64,000 bases of DNA from contig JBEPVZ010000001.1 of NCBI GenBank assembly GCA_041690695.1, positions 14,943-78,942 on the forward strand. The letters are read 5' to 3'. The DNA comes from Candidatus Daviesbacteria bacterium (GTDB lineage: Bacteria; Patescibacteriota; Microgenomatia; Daviesbacterales; UBA10151). The position numbers and the translations under genes were made by a program. Positions 38,177 through 47,980 of this stretch are shown piece after piece; position 1 is the stretch's first letter, and each line of letters starts with the position of its first letter. Under the pieces are notes generated by a model. It was given only the letters and a program-made list of their open reading frames with translations. It made no database searches and was not told the DNA's origin.

Positions 38177-38809
38177 TTGGACATGAAATATTACTTATCC
38201 TCATACCGACTTGGAAACGAGATTGAGAAATTAAAATCGCTTTTAAAACAAACCTCAGGTAAATTTGGATATATTCCCAATGCTTTAGATTCAGCTAAAT
38301 CTGATACAGATAGACTAAAAAATCATATTGAAAAAGACATGAATAGTCTAAAAGAGTTGGGAGTAGAGATCGAGTTACTTGATTTAAAAGATTATTTTGG
38401 AAAAGAAAGTGAGTTAAAAGACAAATTAGCCAAGTTAGGTGGGGTCTATGTCAGTGGTGGTAATACTTTTATTCTTCGCCAAGCCATGCAGATTAGTGGC
38501 TTTGATAAAGCTCTTGTCGAGATGTCAGATCGGGAAGACTTTGTTTATTGTGCATATAGTGCCGGTGTTTGTGTCTTAGGACCCACTTTAAGAGCCTACG
38601 CGATTGTCGATGACTCAACCGAGATGCCTTATTCCGAAATTAAAGAGACAATTTGGGAAGGCTTGGGAATTTTAGACTTTATCTTTGAGCCACATTATCG
38701 ATCAGATCATCCAGAATCGGAGACTGTTGAAAAAGAAGTTCAATTTTGTATTGATAATAAACTCTTGTTTAAAACTTATAAAGATGGGGAAGTTTTGATC
38801 ATAGAGTGA
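38177..38809 (+). CDS. Peptidase S51 (peptidase E / cyanophycinase-like) family
   Basis: GGNTF nucleophile-elbow motif (YVSGGNTFILRQAM); ~210 aa. Confidence 0.6.
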   Translation: MDMKYYLSSYRLGNEIEKLKSLLKQTSGKFGYIPNALDSAKSDTDRLKNHIEKDMNSLKELGVEIELLDLKDYFGKESELKDKLAKLGGVYVSGGNTFILRQAMQISGFDKALVEMSDREDFVYCAYSAGVCVLGPTLRAYAIVDDSTEMPYSEIKETIWEGLGILDFIFEPHYRSDHPESETVEKEVQFCIDNKLLFKTYKDGEVLIIE

Positions 38810-39052
38810 GCCTATAACTTGCTTTTTTAAGGTTTTTGTGGTATAATACATTTACTTAAAGTTAATAAATCGCAGATTGAAGATTAATATCTGCATATTC
38901 AAACACACTTTTTCTCTCGAATTTTATTTTAGAAACAGCCAAATTTAATCGCTAGTTTTTATAAGTTCACGGATCTTAGCTTCTGAGTAGGCAGTTATTT
39001 ATTTTCAATCACTAAATCGATCTTATTAGCTAATTTAAAAACCTGGGCAATA

Positions 39053-39550
39053 TTGTCAAAGGCTTTTTTTAAAAATTTTGATGACGTCAGACTTTGGTAT
39101 AATCCCGCCATGGAAATAATAGTCGAATCGCCCAAATCACCGCTCAAACAATTTCGTTTTTTGGAAAAACTATGGGAAGTCACCTATCGTGAGTCGACAC
39201 AAGTCACCGACGGGGTAAGATGTGATGTTTATACATTTCCCGAAGATCCTAAAAAAGATTTAGCAATTTTAACCATATCGGCGGGTAAGAAAACCCCACT
39301 CCAAAGAATTAGAAACGGCGATTTAACTCTTGAAGAATATCTCTCTGGTGAAGGTAGTTTTTTTGTAACAAACCTTGCAGGAAAAACTTATGAACACATT
39401 GTTGGGACTGTCCCAACAGATAGATCATCCTTTGCCGTCAGAATAGGGGAGACTATGCAGTGGCGAGCAGCCCATGACTCTGGGCTCGTGGTTTATGAGA
39501 TTTGTTGGCCACCATATCAAGATGGTCGATTTGAAAACCTAGAAGATTAA
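39053..39550 (+). CDS. Hypothetical protein (possibly cupin-like)
   Basis: ORF only; the true start may be the internal Met at ~39110. Confidence 0.3.
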   Translation: MSKAFFKNFDDVRLWYNPAMEIIVESPKSPLKQFRFLEKLWEVTYRESTQVTDGVRCDVYTFPEDPKKDLAILTISAGKKTPLQRIRNGDLTLEEYLSGEGSFFVTNLAGKTYEHIVGTVPTDRSSFAVRIGETMQWRAAHDSGLVVYEICWPPYQDGRFENLED

Positions 39551-39591
39551 AATTGTTGCTTGTTAAAGCTTAGTCATCTATTATTCTTGGT

Positions 39592-40527
39592 ATGGAGAAG
39601 TTGGCAACAACAGTTCTAAGTCCTCGACTTATAATTTTCTTGCCGATTAGTCTTTATTTAATTGTCGCGACATATTTTATCTATCATCGAACCGCTCTAA
39701 CTCCAGATCAATCGTTTTTAATTCTCTTTATTTTTGCAATCTTTTTTCATAAAGGTCGAGAATTTTTAAAAGATTGGTCAATTCCGATTGGTTTAATTAT
39801 TTTTTACGACTTTTTGCGTGGATTCATTTCTAATTTAGACAGATTACCTCATATTAACCCAATGGTTACTTTTTCTAGAAAACTTTTTGGGAGTACGTTG
39901 AGTGGCAGATGGCAAAAAGCGCTTTTTACCCAAGGTCACTTTCATTGGTATGACTACCTAACTGATTTTGCCTATATGATTCATTTTATTACTCCAATGT
40001 TTGTCGGATACTTGCTTTGGGTAAGTGATAAGAAAGCTTTCAAACAATTTTTTTATAGCCTGGTTTTACTTTCGTATATGGCTCTGATAACTTTTTTAGT
40101 TTTTCCATCGGCTCCACCTTGGTATGCGGCCGCTTATGGATATATCTCTCATAATATCCATTTAGGAGATCTTATTAGCGCGACACTGCCGAAAACTATT
40201 TATTTGCCAACTATTTATTATTTTGTGCCGGCTAATATCTTTGCAGCAGTGCCATCGCTTCACATTGGATATGCTTGGGTAGTCAGTCTAATCGCTATCA
40301 GGAAATCTAAAAAGTTTATTCCGTTAGTTCTTTTCTATGTTTTATTAGAAATATTTTCAGTTATTTATTTGGCTGAGCATTATATTTTGGATGCTTTTTT
40401 AGGTTTAATATACGCCAGCGTTGCCTATTATTTAATCGAATTATTGCTTAGCTCCAAACCTAACTTTGTTCGGAAATTAGTGAAGTCAACTAAAAATCGG
40501 TTGACTTTAGTAATTAGCAGAATATAA
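39592..40527 (+). CDS. PAP2-superfamily integral membrane protein
   Basis: Multiple TM helices; PSLHIGYAW (PSGH-like) and AEHYILD (SRx5Hx3D-like) motifs. Confidence 0.5.
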   Translation: MEKLATTVLSPRLIIFLPISLYLIVATYFIYHRTALTPDQSFLILFIFAIFFHKGREFLKDWSIPIGLIIFYDFLRGFISNLDRLPHINPMVTFSRKLFGSTLSGRWQKALFTQGHFHWYDYLTDFAYMIHFITPMFVGYLLWVSDKKAFKQFFYSLVLLSYMALITFLVFPSAPPWYAAAYGYISHNIHLGDLISATLPKTIYLPTIYYFVPANIFAAVPSLHIGYAWVVSLIAIRKSKKFIPLVLFYVLLEIFSVIYLAEHYILDAFLGLIYASVAYYLIELLLSSKPNFVRKLVKSTKNRLTLVISRI

Positions 40528-40534
40528 TTTAGCC

Positions 40535-40897
40535 ATGGGTTTAATTCCGGAGATCTTTGGAGGTTTATTACATCACGATCATTCCGTTAAAGCTTTTACG
40601 ATCAGTGGCGATTCAGAAGATAAACTGCTACAACAAGTCGAGCGACATGCCCATTTGCCTAAAGGTGGCCTGTCAGTGGAGCCTGACGATTCACTAGCTG
40701 AGGACTTTGAGCCGCTTCGATCAAAAAGAATCATCTCATATCGCCCTCACTCTCAGGTTGGGGTATTATTTGAGCAACCGAAAGGCCCGCACTCACCTTT
40801 AATTGAAATTATTGGTCAAGGCGCCAACTTACCAGTCCATTCCTTAGTAGCTACTATTTGGCCTCAGACTAATTGGCGATTAATCGATAAAGAATAA
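40535..40897 (+). CDS. Hypothetical protein
   Basis: 120-aa ORF; no motif. Confidence 0.3.
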   Translation: MGLIPEIFGGLLHHDHSVKAFTISGDSEDKLLQQVERHAHLPKGGLSVEPDDSLAEDFEPLRSKRIISYRPHSQVGVLFEQPKGPHSPLIEIIGQGANLPVHSLVATIWPQTNWRLIDKE

Positions 40898-40927
40898 TCT
40901 CTAATATAATTGTGATAACATCGATCT

Positions 40928-41377
40928 ATGGCTGAGGAAAAAAAACGGGTTGGGGCTGGATTTGGAGTCGTGTTAGTTAAAAACAGCAAAATTTTACTTG
41001 GCCAACGTCATCCTGATCCGGATAAAGCTGATTCGGTCTTTAGAAGTGCCGGGGAATGGTGTTTACCCGGCGGCAAACTCGAATATGGTGAAAGTTTTGA
41101 GGACGGAGCTATTCGCGAGGTCAAAGAAGAGACTGGTATTACTATTAAAAATCCGGAGGTTATCTCGGTTCATAACTGTAAAAATGAACATGCTCATTTT
41201 ATGACCGTGGGATTGGTTGCTAAAAGTTGGACAGGGGAGGCTAGAGTTATGGAACCGGATGAGATTATCGATTGGCAATGGTTTGATTTAAAAAAGTTAC
41301 CCAAACCTCGTTATTTTCCAAGTTTCGAAGTTATTGAGAATTATTTAAAAACCAAGTTTTATATTAAACGCCTTTAA
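40928..41377 (+). CDS. NUDIX hydrolase
   Basis: Canonical Nudix box GGKLEYGESFEDGAIREVKEETGI. Confidence 0.75.
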   Translation: MAEEKKRVGAGFGVVLVKNSKILLGQRHPDPDKADSVFRSAGEWCLPGGKLEYGESFEDGAIREVKEETGITIKNPEVISVHNCKNEHAHFMTVGLVAKSWTGEARVMEPDEIIDWQWFDLKKLPKPRYFPSFEVIENYLKTKFYIKRL

Positions 41378-41759
41378 GAATCTGCTCATGTAATTTAGTT
41401 GTGTCAAGATTGACACCTAATCTAAACGCAAGCAAGACTGCTCTTTTGGTCTGTTGCTCGACAGGACCATCAAAGTTCCAAAATGTTCTAGCATATTCAT
41501 TGTAATCTCTCGGGAATTTTCCAGGATCTGACCAATTCACCGCCTGATCAATACTTAACTGACCCAATCTTTCAGTATTAACTCTGGTTCGAGTTTGGAC
41601 TTTTAAACCTCCGTTACTCCGAGCCAAAACAATACTTTTAATGGCTTTTGCATCAGGTCCTAAATGCTCGATTAAACCATCAACCACTTCTTCATCAGGT
41701 CTTTGAAATCCAGCCACGTATTCTTCCGGATAACCTTGTGAATTCCATTCCTCAGTCAT
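41364..41759 (-). CDS. Hypothetical protein
   Basis: 131-aa ORF convergent with the NUDIX gene. Confidence 0.3.
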   Translation of the reverse strand: MTEEWNSQGYPEEYVAGFQRPDEEVVDGLIEHLGPDAKAIKSIVLARSNGGLKVQTRTRVNTERLGQLSIDQAVNWSDPGKFPRDYNEYARTFWNFDGPVEQQTKRAVLLAFRLGVNLDTTKLHEQILKGV

Positions 41760-41844
41760 AACCCAATATTACTAAATTGATCTTTAAGAAACTAGAGAGA
41801 TATTCAGTTGCTTTAATAATCTATTTGTGAAATTATATCTTTAG

Positions 41845-42153
41845 ATGGCTTTATCTAAAACTTGGACAACCGTTACACCCTTATCCAAAACTTTAGCCTT
41901 ACTTCTTGTTATCGCTTTACCATTTATCGGTTTTTATTTTGGTACTAAATATGCGACACCACAATTACCACCCCAACTTCACGCGGTTTTACCAACTCCA
42001 ACCGCTTCATCAGGTGATAATGGCACTAAACTTTGTTCCTCAGATAGTGATTGCTCGAGCGATCAAAATTGCGTCACTCCAGGCCCGGTTCACGTAGATC
42101 CGAGCTTAAATAAAAGCTATTGCTATAACAAAGGCACAGCTATTCCACTGTAG
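41845..42153 (+). CDS. Small secreted cysteine-rich protein
   Basis: N-terminal hydrophobic segment; C-terminal CSSDSDCSSDQNCVTPG...YCYNKG with 5 Cys. Confidence 0.35.
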   Translation: MALSKTWTTVTPLSKTLALLLVIALPFIGFYFGTKYATPQLPPQLHAVLPTPTASSGDNGTKLCSSDSDCSSDQNCVTPGPVHVDPSLNKSYCYNKGTAIPL

Positions 42154-42192
42154 TCTTCTTTTGACCACTTAACGCTGTATAATCAGTAAACT

Positions 42193-43371
42193 ATGGACTT
42201 TAATTTTGACACCGATTTAGCTATTTTTAATCCGCTCTTAGCCCGCCGACCAGAGATTGATCAGGATAAGCTTAAGATCGATTTAGAAAACTATTATTTA
42301 CCGTATTTAAAAAAGCTGATTGCCATTTATAAACAAAGGCTCTCAACTGAAGGTCTCATTGTCGGAGTTTCAGCCATCCAAGGAGCGGGTAAAACCACTC
42401 AAGGCGAGATCGTCGAAGTTTTACTTAAACATCTCGGATTTAACTCGGTTCATTTATCTCTTGATGATCATTATCTAACTCATCTTGAACTGTCCGAACT
42501 TCAGAAAAAAGACCCTCGATTTATTCGTCGGGGAGTCACCCATGATATCGTTTTGGCTTTAAGAGATTTACACAATTTAAAAACCATGTCGGATCAGCCA
42601 ATTTTAATTTCCGGTTATGATAAAGGCGCCCACCATGGGGCAGGCGATCGGTTTAAATTTATTAACCCTATTCCCAAACTAATTCAAAACTTTACCATTC
42701 AGGATCAGACATTAATTTTAGTATCGGCGACTTTTGAGGGCAAGTTAATTAAATTGCCCGATAATATGGGGGCTTCGATTAGACTTGATGAGCCTAACTT
42801 ACCGATGGCTTTAAATAAATTACTGGAGAGTCATTCAAATCGGGGAGTAGAGTTAATCATTGAAAATGGTCATGCTGAATTTAAAACTCATAAGGATAAT
42901 TTTCCAATCGACTTGAGCCATTTACCAAATGGCTGGAATTTAGTTACTGAAAAGCCAAACTTTGTCTTTTATGATGGCTGGATGTTAGGCGTTAGGCCAG
43001 CCAAAAATGAGCGCGTCTTTGAAACTCAGTTGCCAGCTCTTGAAAAACCAGAAGATCAGCAGTTTGCCAAAGATGTCAATAAAAAACTGGTTAATTATCA
43101 GCCACTTTGGGAGATGATTAATTTTATGAATGTTTTATATGTTCCCAACTATCAGATCTCAATTACCTGGCGAGATCAGGCTGAACAAAAATTACGTGCC
43201 AAAGGCGAGGGGATGAGTCCTCAGGAGATAATTGACTTTGTTCATTATTTTTGGCGATCAGTTCACCCAGCTATTCAGATTGAGAATTTAATCCAAGATC
43301 ACAACCATAGCCAACAAGTGGTGGTAATTAATGATGATCACAGTATTAAAGGCTTTCTGAATCGGACATGA
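42193..43371 (+). CDS. P-loop kinase of the PRK/uridine-kinase superfamily, D-glycerate-3-kinase (GLYK)-like
   Basis: GVSAIQGAGKTTQ P-loop, SLDDHYLTH and RRGVTHD motifs, resembling GLYK-type kinases. Confidence 0.45.
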   Translation: MDFNFDTDLAIFNPLLARRPEIDQDKLKIDLENYYLPYLKKLIAIYKQRLSTEGLIVGVSAIQGAGKTTQGEIVEVLLKHLGFNSVHLSLDDHYLTHLELSELQKKDPRFIRRGVTHDIVLALRDLHNLKTMSDQPILISGYDKGAHHGAGDRFKFINPIPKLIQNFTIQDQTLILVSATFEGKLIKLPDNMGASIRLDEPNLPMALNKLLESHSNRGVELIIENGHAEFKTHKDNFPIDLSHLPNGWNLVTEKPNFVFYDGWMLGVRPAKNERVFETQLPALEKPEDQQFAKDVNKKLVNYQPLWEMINFMNVLYVPNYQISITWRDQAEQKLRAKGEGMSPQEIIDFVHYFWRSVHPAIQIENLIQDHNHSQQVVVINDDHSIKGFLNRT

Positions 43372-44093
43372 AACACCACCCAGTTGAAGCTATCTTTGAA
43401 GAAAAAGCCAGGATTGGTAAGCTCTCTCAAATTAGAGAGTTAGTTTTCGGAGCTCAAGATGGATTACTTGTTCCCTTGGGAGTTATCTCATCTGTGGCCG
43501 GAGCATTTAATAATAATCACTTTGTATTGGTGGCGGGAATTTCAGAGGCTCTGGCCGGAGCATTTTCGATGGGAACCGGAGCGTACTTAGCATCACAAGC
43601 TGAGAGACAGGTTCATGATTCTGAGATCGCGAAGGAGCAGGCCGCTATCAAAAAAGATTTTGGCCGAGAGAAAGGTGAGATGGTCTTAATTTTTGAACGT
43701 GAAGGTCTTAATAAAGATGATGCCACCCACTTAGTTGATTATTTATCTAAAAGTGAGCAATCTTTTTTTACGACTATGGTTCAAAAGGAGCTTGGGATTG
43801 ATCCTGATCCGGTCGGAACACCAGTTGGTGATGCGGCTTTTGTCGGACTGTCATATTTAGTTGCGGCCGTGATACCTCTTTTCCCGTATTTTTTCTTACA
43901 CGGCGGAATTGCGATTATTACCTCAATTTTAGCAACCTTTATTGCGCTATTTGGAATTGGGGTTTTAAAAGGCAAGTTTGCGACTTTGCCATACTTAAAA
44001 AGCGGACTACAAGTTTTATTGGTTGGAGCAGGCTCAGGGATTGGGGGATACTTACTAGGGAGTGTTTTACCTCACCTGCTTGGCATTAAATGA
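43368..44093 (+). CDS. VIT1/CCC1-family iron/manganese transporter
   Basis: RELVFGAQDGLLVPLGV N-terminal motif; five TM helices with a central cytoplasmic loop. Confidence 0.6.
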   Translation: MKHHPVEAIFEEKARIGKLSQIRELVFGAQDGLLVPLGVISSVAGAFNNNHFVLVAGISEALAGAFSMGTGAYLASQAERQVHDSEIAKEQAAIKKDFGREKGEMVLIFEREGLNKDDATHLVDYLSKSEQSFFTTMVQKELGIDPDPVGTPVGDAAFVGLSYLVAAVIPLFPYFFLHGGIAIITSILATFIALFGIGVLKGKFATLPYLKSGLQVLLVGAGSGIGGYLLGSVLPHLLGIK

Positions 44094-44146
44094 GCCTGAG
44101 CTGGCTCTTGCATTTTAGCTTATGATTTGGGTATAGTTTTTAAATC

Positions 44147-44602
44147 ATGGACGAGCAAGTAACTGAGGCTGAAGAGACCACTACCCCAACCGTTGGACTA
44201 CCTAACGATAATTCACCGGCCATGGTTATTCTTAACTTGGAAAATTTAATCCGGACTCATCTAACTTCGATCGATACCATGGAAGACGAGTTAAAAAAGC
44301 ACTCCGATATGTTAAATGATATCTTTGAAAACGATCCAACTTACAAAGAGCACGCTGAAAAATCTAAAGAAGCCAGCCGAGTTAAAACTAACACCAAACT
44401 CCAGATTCTTAAACAACCCCAAGCCGCCGAGCTTGATTCTAAAGTCAAAACCTTTAAATCTGAGCTGGGAGATACCAAAGCCGCTCTAGCGGATTATGTC
44501 CGGGAATATGCCCGTTTATCAGGGCTGACTGAGATTACAGGCGACGATGGCGAGATTAGAGAGATTGTCTATACGGCTAAATTAGTTAAAAAAGCAAGTT
44601 AA
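44147..44602 (+). CDS. Hypothetical coiled-coil protein
   Basis: 151-aa ORF. Confidence 0.3.
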   Translation: MDEQVTEAEETTTPTVGLPNDNSPAMVILNLENLIRTHLTSIDTMEDELKKHSDMLNDIFENDPTYKEHAEKSKEASRVKTNTKLQILKQPQAAELDSKVKTFKSELGDTKAALADYVREYARLSGLTEITGDDGEIREIVYTAKLVKKAS

Positions 44603-44628
44603 TAAATAGGAGAGGAGGTGACTTTTTA

Positions 44629-44898
44629 ATGGATAATACAAATCAACCAACCGGCACAGCCGATCCAATGACGCCACCTGCAGCCCCAACTGGAATGCCA
44701 GGAACTGAACCAATGACTCCTCCAGCAGCCCCAACAGGCATGCCAGAGCCAACTTCAACTCCTGCACCTGCAAGTGATGGTTCAACTCAACCTTGGCCAC
44801 CAACAACTCCAACCTCAACCGGTGGAGATGTGCCAGCAGCACCTGAAGCACCAATGACCCCTCCAACAGGAACGGGTACACCTGGAGCAGCTGTTTAA
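44629..44898 (+). CDS. Small Pro/Thr/Ala-rich protein with internal PMTPPAAPTGMP repeat
   Basis: Strong upstream SD-like AGGAGAGGAGGTGA; low-complexity product. Confidence 0.3.
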   Translation: MDNTNQPTGTADPMTPPAAPTGMPGTEPMTPPAAPTGMPEPTSTPAPASDGSTQPWPPTTPTSTGGDVPAAPEAPMTPPTGTGTPGAAV

Positions 44899-44923
44899 TT
44901 AGCTGACTTTGGAAAACTTTTAT

Positions 44924-44943
44924 CCCTGACTTTTAAGTCAGGG
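44924..44943. terminator. Near-perfect hairpin CCCTGACTT-tt-AAGTCAGGG between convergent genes (likely bidirectional, or Obg terminator)
   Basis: Read directly in sequence; 9-bp stem; U/A tract on the minus-strand side. Confidence 0.4.
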
Positions 44944-44954
44944 GTAAAGGTTGG

Positions 44955-45914
44955 TTAAATGAGAAGTTTAGTTTTCAATTTTTCAAGTGAATTATCATCC
45001 AAAACTGAAACTGTTAAGATTTCAGGATTAAGTTTTTTCAAGATTTTAAGCTTATCTTTCAAAATATCTTCTGTCACTTCGTCCGTTTTAGTCACAATTA
45101 TTAGTTGAGGTTTTTTAATTAGCTCTGGACTAAAATGATCCAACTCTTGTTGAATAGTTTGATAATCAGCTTTTGGATCAACAGAATCAGCCCCAATACA
45201 GTGGAGAAGTAAGCTGACCTTTTCAATATGCCGCAAAAATTTAATGCCCAACCCTTTACCCATCGAAGCCCCTTCAATTAGTCCTGGAATATCCGCTAAA
45301 ACTTTTCTCTGGCCATTTTGATCAGTTAAAACGCCTAAGTTCGGATCAATAGTTGTAAAGGCGTAAGGCGCAACTTTAGCTTGAGCATTAGTTAAAGCGT
45401 TTAATAAACTACTTTTACCAACATTTGGTAAACCAATTAAGCCATAATCAGCAATTAGTTTTAAAACCACTTTAAAACGTCGCTCTTGGCCATCTAAGCC
45501 CGGTTGAGCAAATTCCGGAGTGGTCCGAGTTGAAGACCTAAGTTCATAATTACCTCGGCCACCCAAGCCACCCTTACAAACTAAGATGGGCTCGGTTAAA
45601 GCGTTAATTTCAACTTCCTGATTAGTTTCTAAATCAGTTAAAGTCGTTCCAGCTGGAAATTCTAAAATTAAATCTTGACCGTTCTTACCAGTTTTTAAAA
45701 AGGTATCGCCAGGTTGACCATTTTCAGCGATTAGTAAGTTCTTTTTGACATAACGATTTAAGGCCGTTAAATCGGTCGTGGTATGAATATAAATATCGCC
45801 ACCTCGACCACCATTGCCGCCATTTGGACCAGCTTTAAGTTTGGGGTAAAATGACATTTTGCCCGCTCCACCGTGGCCAGCTTTTAAAATTATATTTAAC
45901 TCATCTGTTAACAT
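44955..45914 (-). CDS. obg: GTPase Obg (short form lacking the C-terminal OCT domain)
   Basis: Gly-rich N-domain GPNGGNGGRGGDIYI; G1 GLIGLPNVGKSSLLNA; G3 DIPGLIEGA. The start is placed at the ATG (MLTDEL) at 45914 rather than the tracked 45986, which would overlap dedA. Confidence 0.75.
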   Translation of the reverse strand: MLTDELNIILKAGHGGAGKMSFYPKLKAGPNGGNGGRGGDIYIHTTTDLTALNRYVKKNLLIAENGQPGDTFLKTGKNGQDLILEFPAGTTLTDLETNQEVEINALTEPILVCKGGLGGRGNYELRSSTRTTPEFAQPGLDGQERRFKVVLKLIADYGLIGLPNVGKSSLLNALTNAQAKVAPYAFTTIDPNLGVLTDQNGQRKVLADIPGLIEGASMGKGLGIKFLRHIEKVSLLLHCIGADSVDPKADYQTIQQELDHFSPELIKKPQLIIVTKTDEVTEDILKDKLKILKKLNPEILTVSVLDDNSLEKLKTKLLI

Positions 45915-45956
45915 GAGGCTATTATAACAAGTTAAGGTATAATTATTTTCTAAACT

Positions 45957-46559
45957 ATGAATTTTCCAGTTGAAACCTTGCAGCAACTACTCGATAGTTG
46001 GGGATATTTAATTGTTTTTGGTTTTGTCGCGATCGAGAGTACCGGTATTCCTTTTCCGGGCGAGACGATGTTAATTGTAGCGGCCGTTTACGCCGGGCTC
46101 GGCAGTATTAGTATTTTAGGAGTGATTGTTTCAGCAGCTCTCGGCGCGATCTTCGGTGATAGTTTAGGTTACTGGATCGGACGAAAAGGTGGTTATCCAC
46201 TTCTTCAAAAATATGGTAAATATATTTTTATTGACCAGCCCAAAATGGATTGGGCTAAGCGTTATTACCATAAACATGGTGATAAAACCGTTTTTCTAGG
46301 TCGGTTTGTGGCTGTTTTAAGAGCTTGGTCGGCCTTTTTAGCCGGGGTTAACCAGATGCCATGGCCAAAGTTTTTACTCTTTAATGCGAGCGGTGGAATT
46401 GTCTGGGCGACGACTTTTGGATTGCTCGGTTTTTATTTATCAAACAATATCGAGTTTTTACATCGTTTGATTCAAAAACTAGGCATTATTTCGGTTATTA
46501 TCTTAATTATTTTGCTTGGCTTAGTTTACATAACCTGGAAAAGACGTAAAGATAACTAA
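45957..46559 (+). CDS. DedA/VTT-domain membrane protein
   Basis: FPGETMLIVAAVYAG and GRFVAVLRAW motifs. Confidence 0.7.
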   Translation: MNFPVETLQQLLDSWGYLIVFGFVAIESTGIPFPGETMLIVAAVYAGLGSISILGVIVSAALGAIFGDSLGYWIGRKGGYPLLQKYGKYIFIDQPKMDWAKRYYHKHGDKTVFLGRFVAVLRAWSAFLAGVNQMPWPKFLLFNASGGIVWATTFGLLGFYLSNNIEFLHRLIQKLGIISVIILIILLGLVYITWKRRKDN

Positions 46560-46610
46560 CTCCACTAGGTGACATCTTCTATTAACTTCTTGTAAGATAT
46601 ATTTAGGCTC

Positions 46611-47978
46611 ATGAACGAAGAAACTTTTGAAAAAGTAGTTGAGGCTCCGGCCATTGCCCTTGATCAAACGGTTGTCCAAACCAAAAAAGTCCTCGATGCA
46701 TTCGGGAGTGGCTTATATATTAAAAAAGCCAAGGCTTATTGGCATAATCTCGGCCCGGGTTTAACAACTGGTGCAGCTGATGATGATCCCTCCGGCATTG
46801 CGACTTATTCTCAGACCGGTGCCCAATACGGTTTTAATTTTTTATGGCTAGCGGCTTTTACTTTTCCGCTCATGTCGATTGTTCAAGAGATGTGTGCTCG
46901 AATTGGAATAGTGACTGGTCAAGGTTTAGCCGCTAATATTCGAATTCATTTTCCGAAGTGGGTTTTATATACCTGCACCCTGTTACTTTTTGCGGCCAAT
47001 ACTTTAAATATAGGGGCTGATTTAGGGGCGATGGCTAAAGCTAGTCAATTAATATTCCCTCAATTTAATTTTGGAGTTGCGGTTATTACCTTTACAGTCT
47101 TAAGTTTAGGTCTCCAAATTTTTACGACATATGAGCGCTATGCCAAATATTTAAAATATCTGGCCTTGATACTTTTATCATATGTTTTTTCAGCTATTAA
47201 CTTAAACTTGAATTGGGGAGAGTTATTGCAACATGCAGTTACTCCAACTTTTAGTTTTTCTAAAGATCAGATCTTTTTAGTCTGTGCTATTTTAGGTACA
47301 ACCATCTCGCCATATTTATTCTTTTGGCAAACCTCCCAAGAGGTTGAGCAACAAATTCTGGATGGTAAGACCACCTTAAAGTTGCGCCAGGAACAGACTA
47401 GCAAAAGAGAGATTAAAGATATGCGAATTGATGTTTGGTCAGGGATGTTTTTATCAAACTTAGTCATGTTCTTTATCATTACCGCTTGTGCCATTACCCT
47501 CTATGCTCATGGTATTACCAATATTAATACTGCCGAAGACGCCGCCAAAGCTCTTGAGCCCATTGCCGGACATGGAGCATTCTTGTTATTTGCCTTAGGT
47601 ATTATCGGTACAGGATTACTGGCCGTTCCAGTTCTAGCAGGTTCTGTCTCTTACGCCTTATCTGAAAGTTTGGGATGGAAGATGGGGCTTTACCGCAAAT
47701 TAAAATCCGCCTACTCATTTTATGGCGTGATTATGTTATCGATGTTTATTGGTTTATTTTTAAACTTTACCGGTCTTGATCCGATTAAAGTTTTAATTTA
47801 TTCAGCTGTCGGGAATGGATTGGTCGCACCGGTAATTTTAGCTTTAATCACCATTATCAGCAGTAAAAAATCAGTCATGGGACCTTGGGTTAACAAGCCA
47901 CTAACGACCGCTTTTGGCTGGCTGGTGACGGCAATTATGACTATTGTGGCTATTTTTGCTATAATGACATTCTTTTAA
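46611..47978 (+). CDS. mntH: NRAMP-family divalent metal transporter
   Basis: Nramp signature GPGLTTGAADDDPSGIATYSQTGAQYGFNFLW, then MSIVQEMCARIGIVTG. Confidence 0.7.
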   Translation: MNEETFEKVVEAPAIALDQTVVQTKKVLDAFGSGLYIKKAKAYWHNLGPGLTTGAADDDPSGIATYSQTGAQYGFNFLWLAAFTFPLMSIVQEMCARIGIVTGQGLAANIRIHFPKWVLYTCTLLLFAANTLNIGADLGAMAKASQLIFPQFNFGVAVITFTVLSLGLQIFTTYERYAKYLKYLALILLSYVFSAINLNLNWGELLQHAVTPTFSFSKDQIFLVCAILGTTISPYLFFWQTSQEVEQQILDGKTTLKLRQEQTSKREIKDMRIDVWSGMFLSNLVMFFIITACAITLYAHGITNINTAEDAAKALEPIAGHGAFLLFALGIIGTGLLAVPVLAGSVSYALSESLGWKMGLYRKLKSAYSFYGVIMLSMFIGLFLNFTGLDPIKVLIYSAVGNGLVAPVILALITIISSKKSVMGPWVNKPLTTAFGWLVTAIMTIVAIFAIMTFF

Positions 47979-47980
47979 CG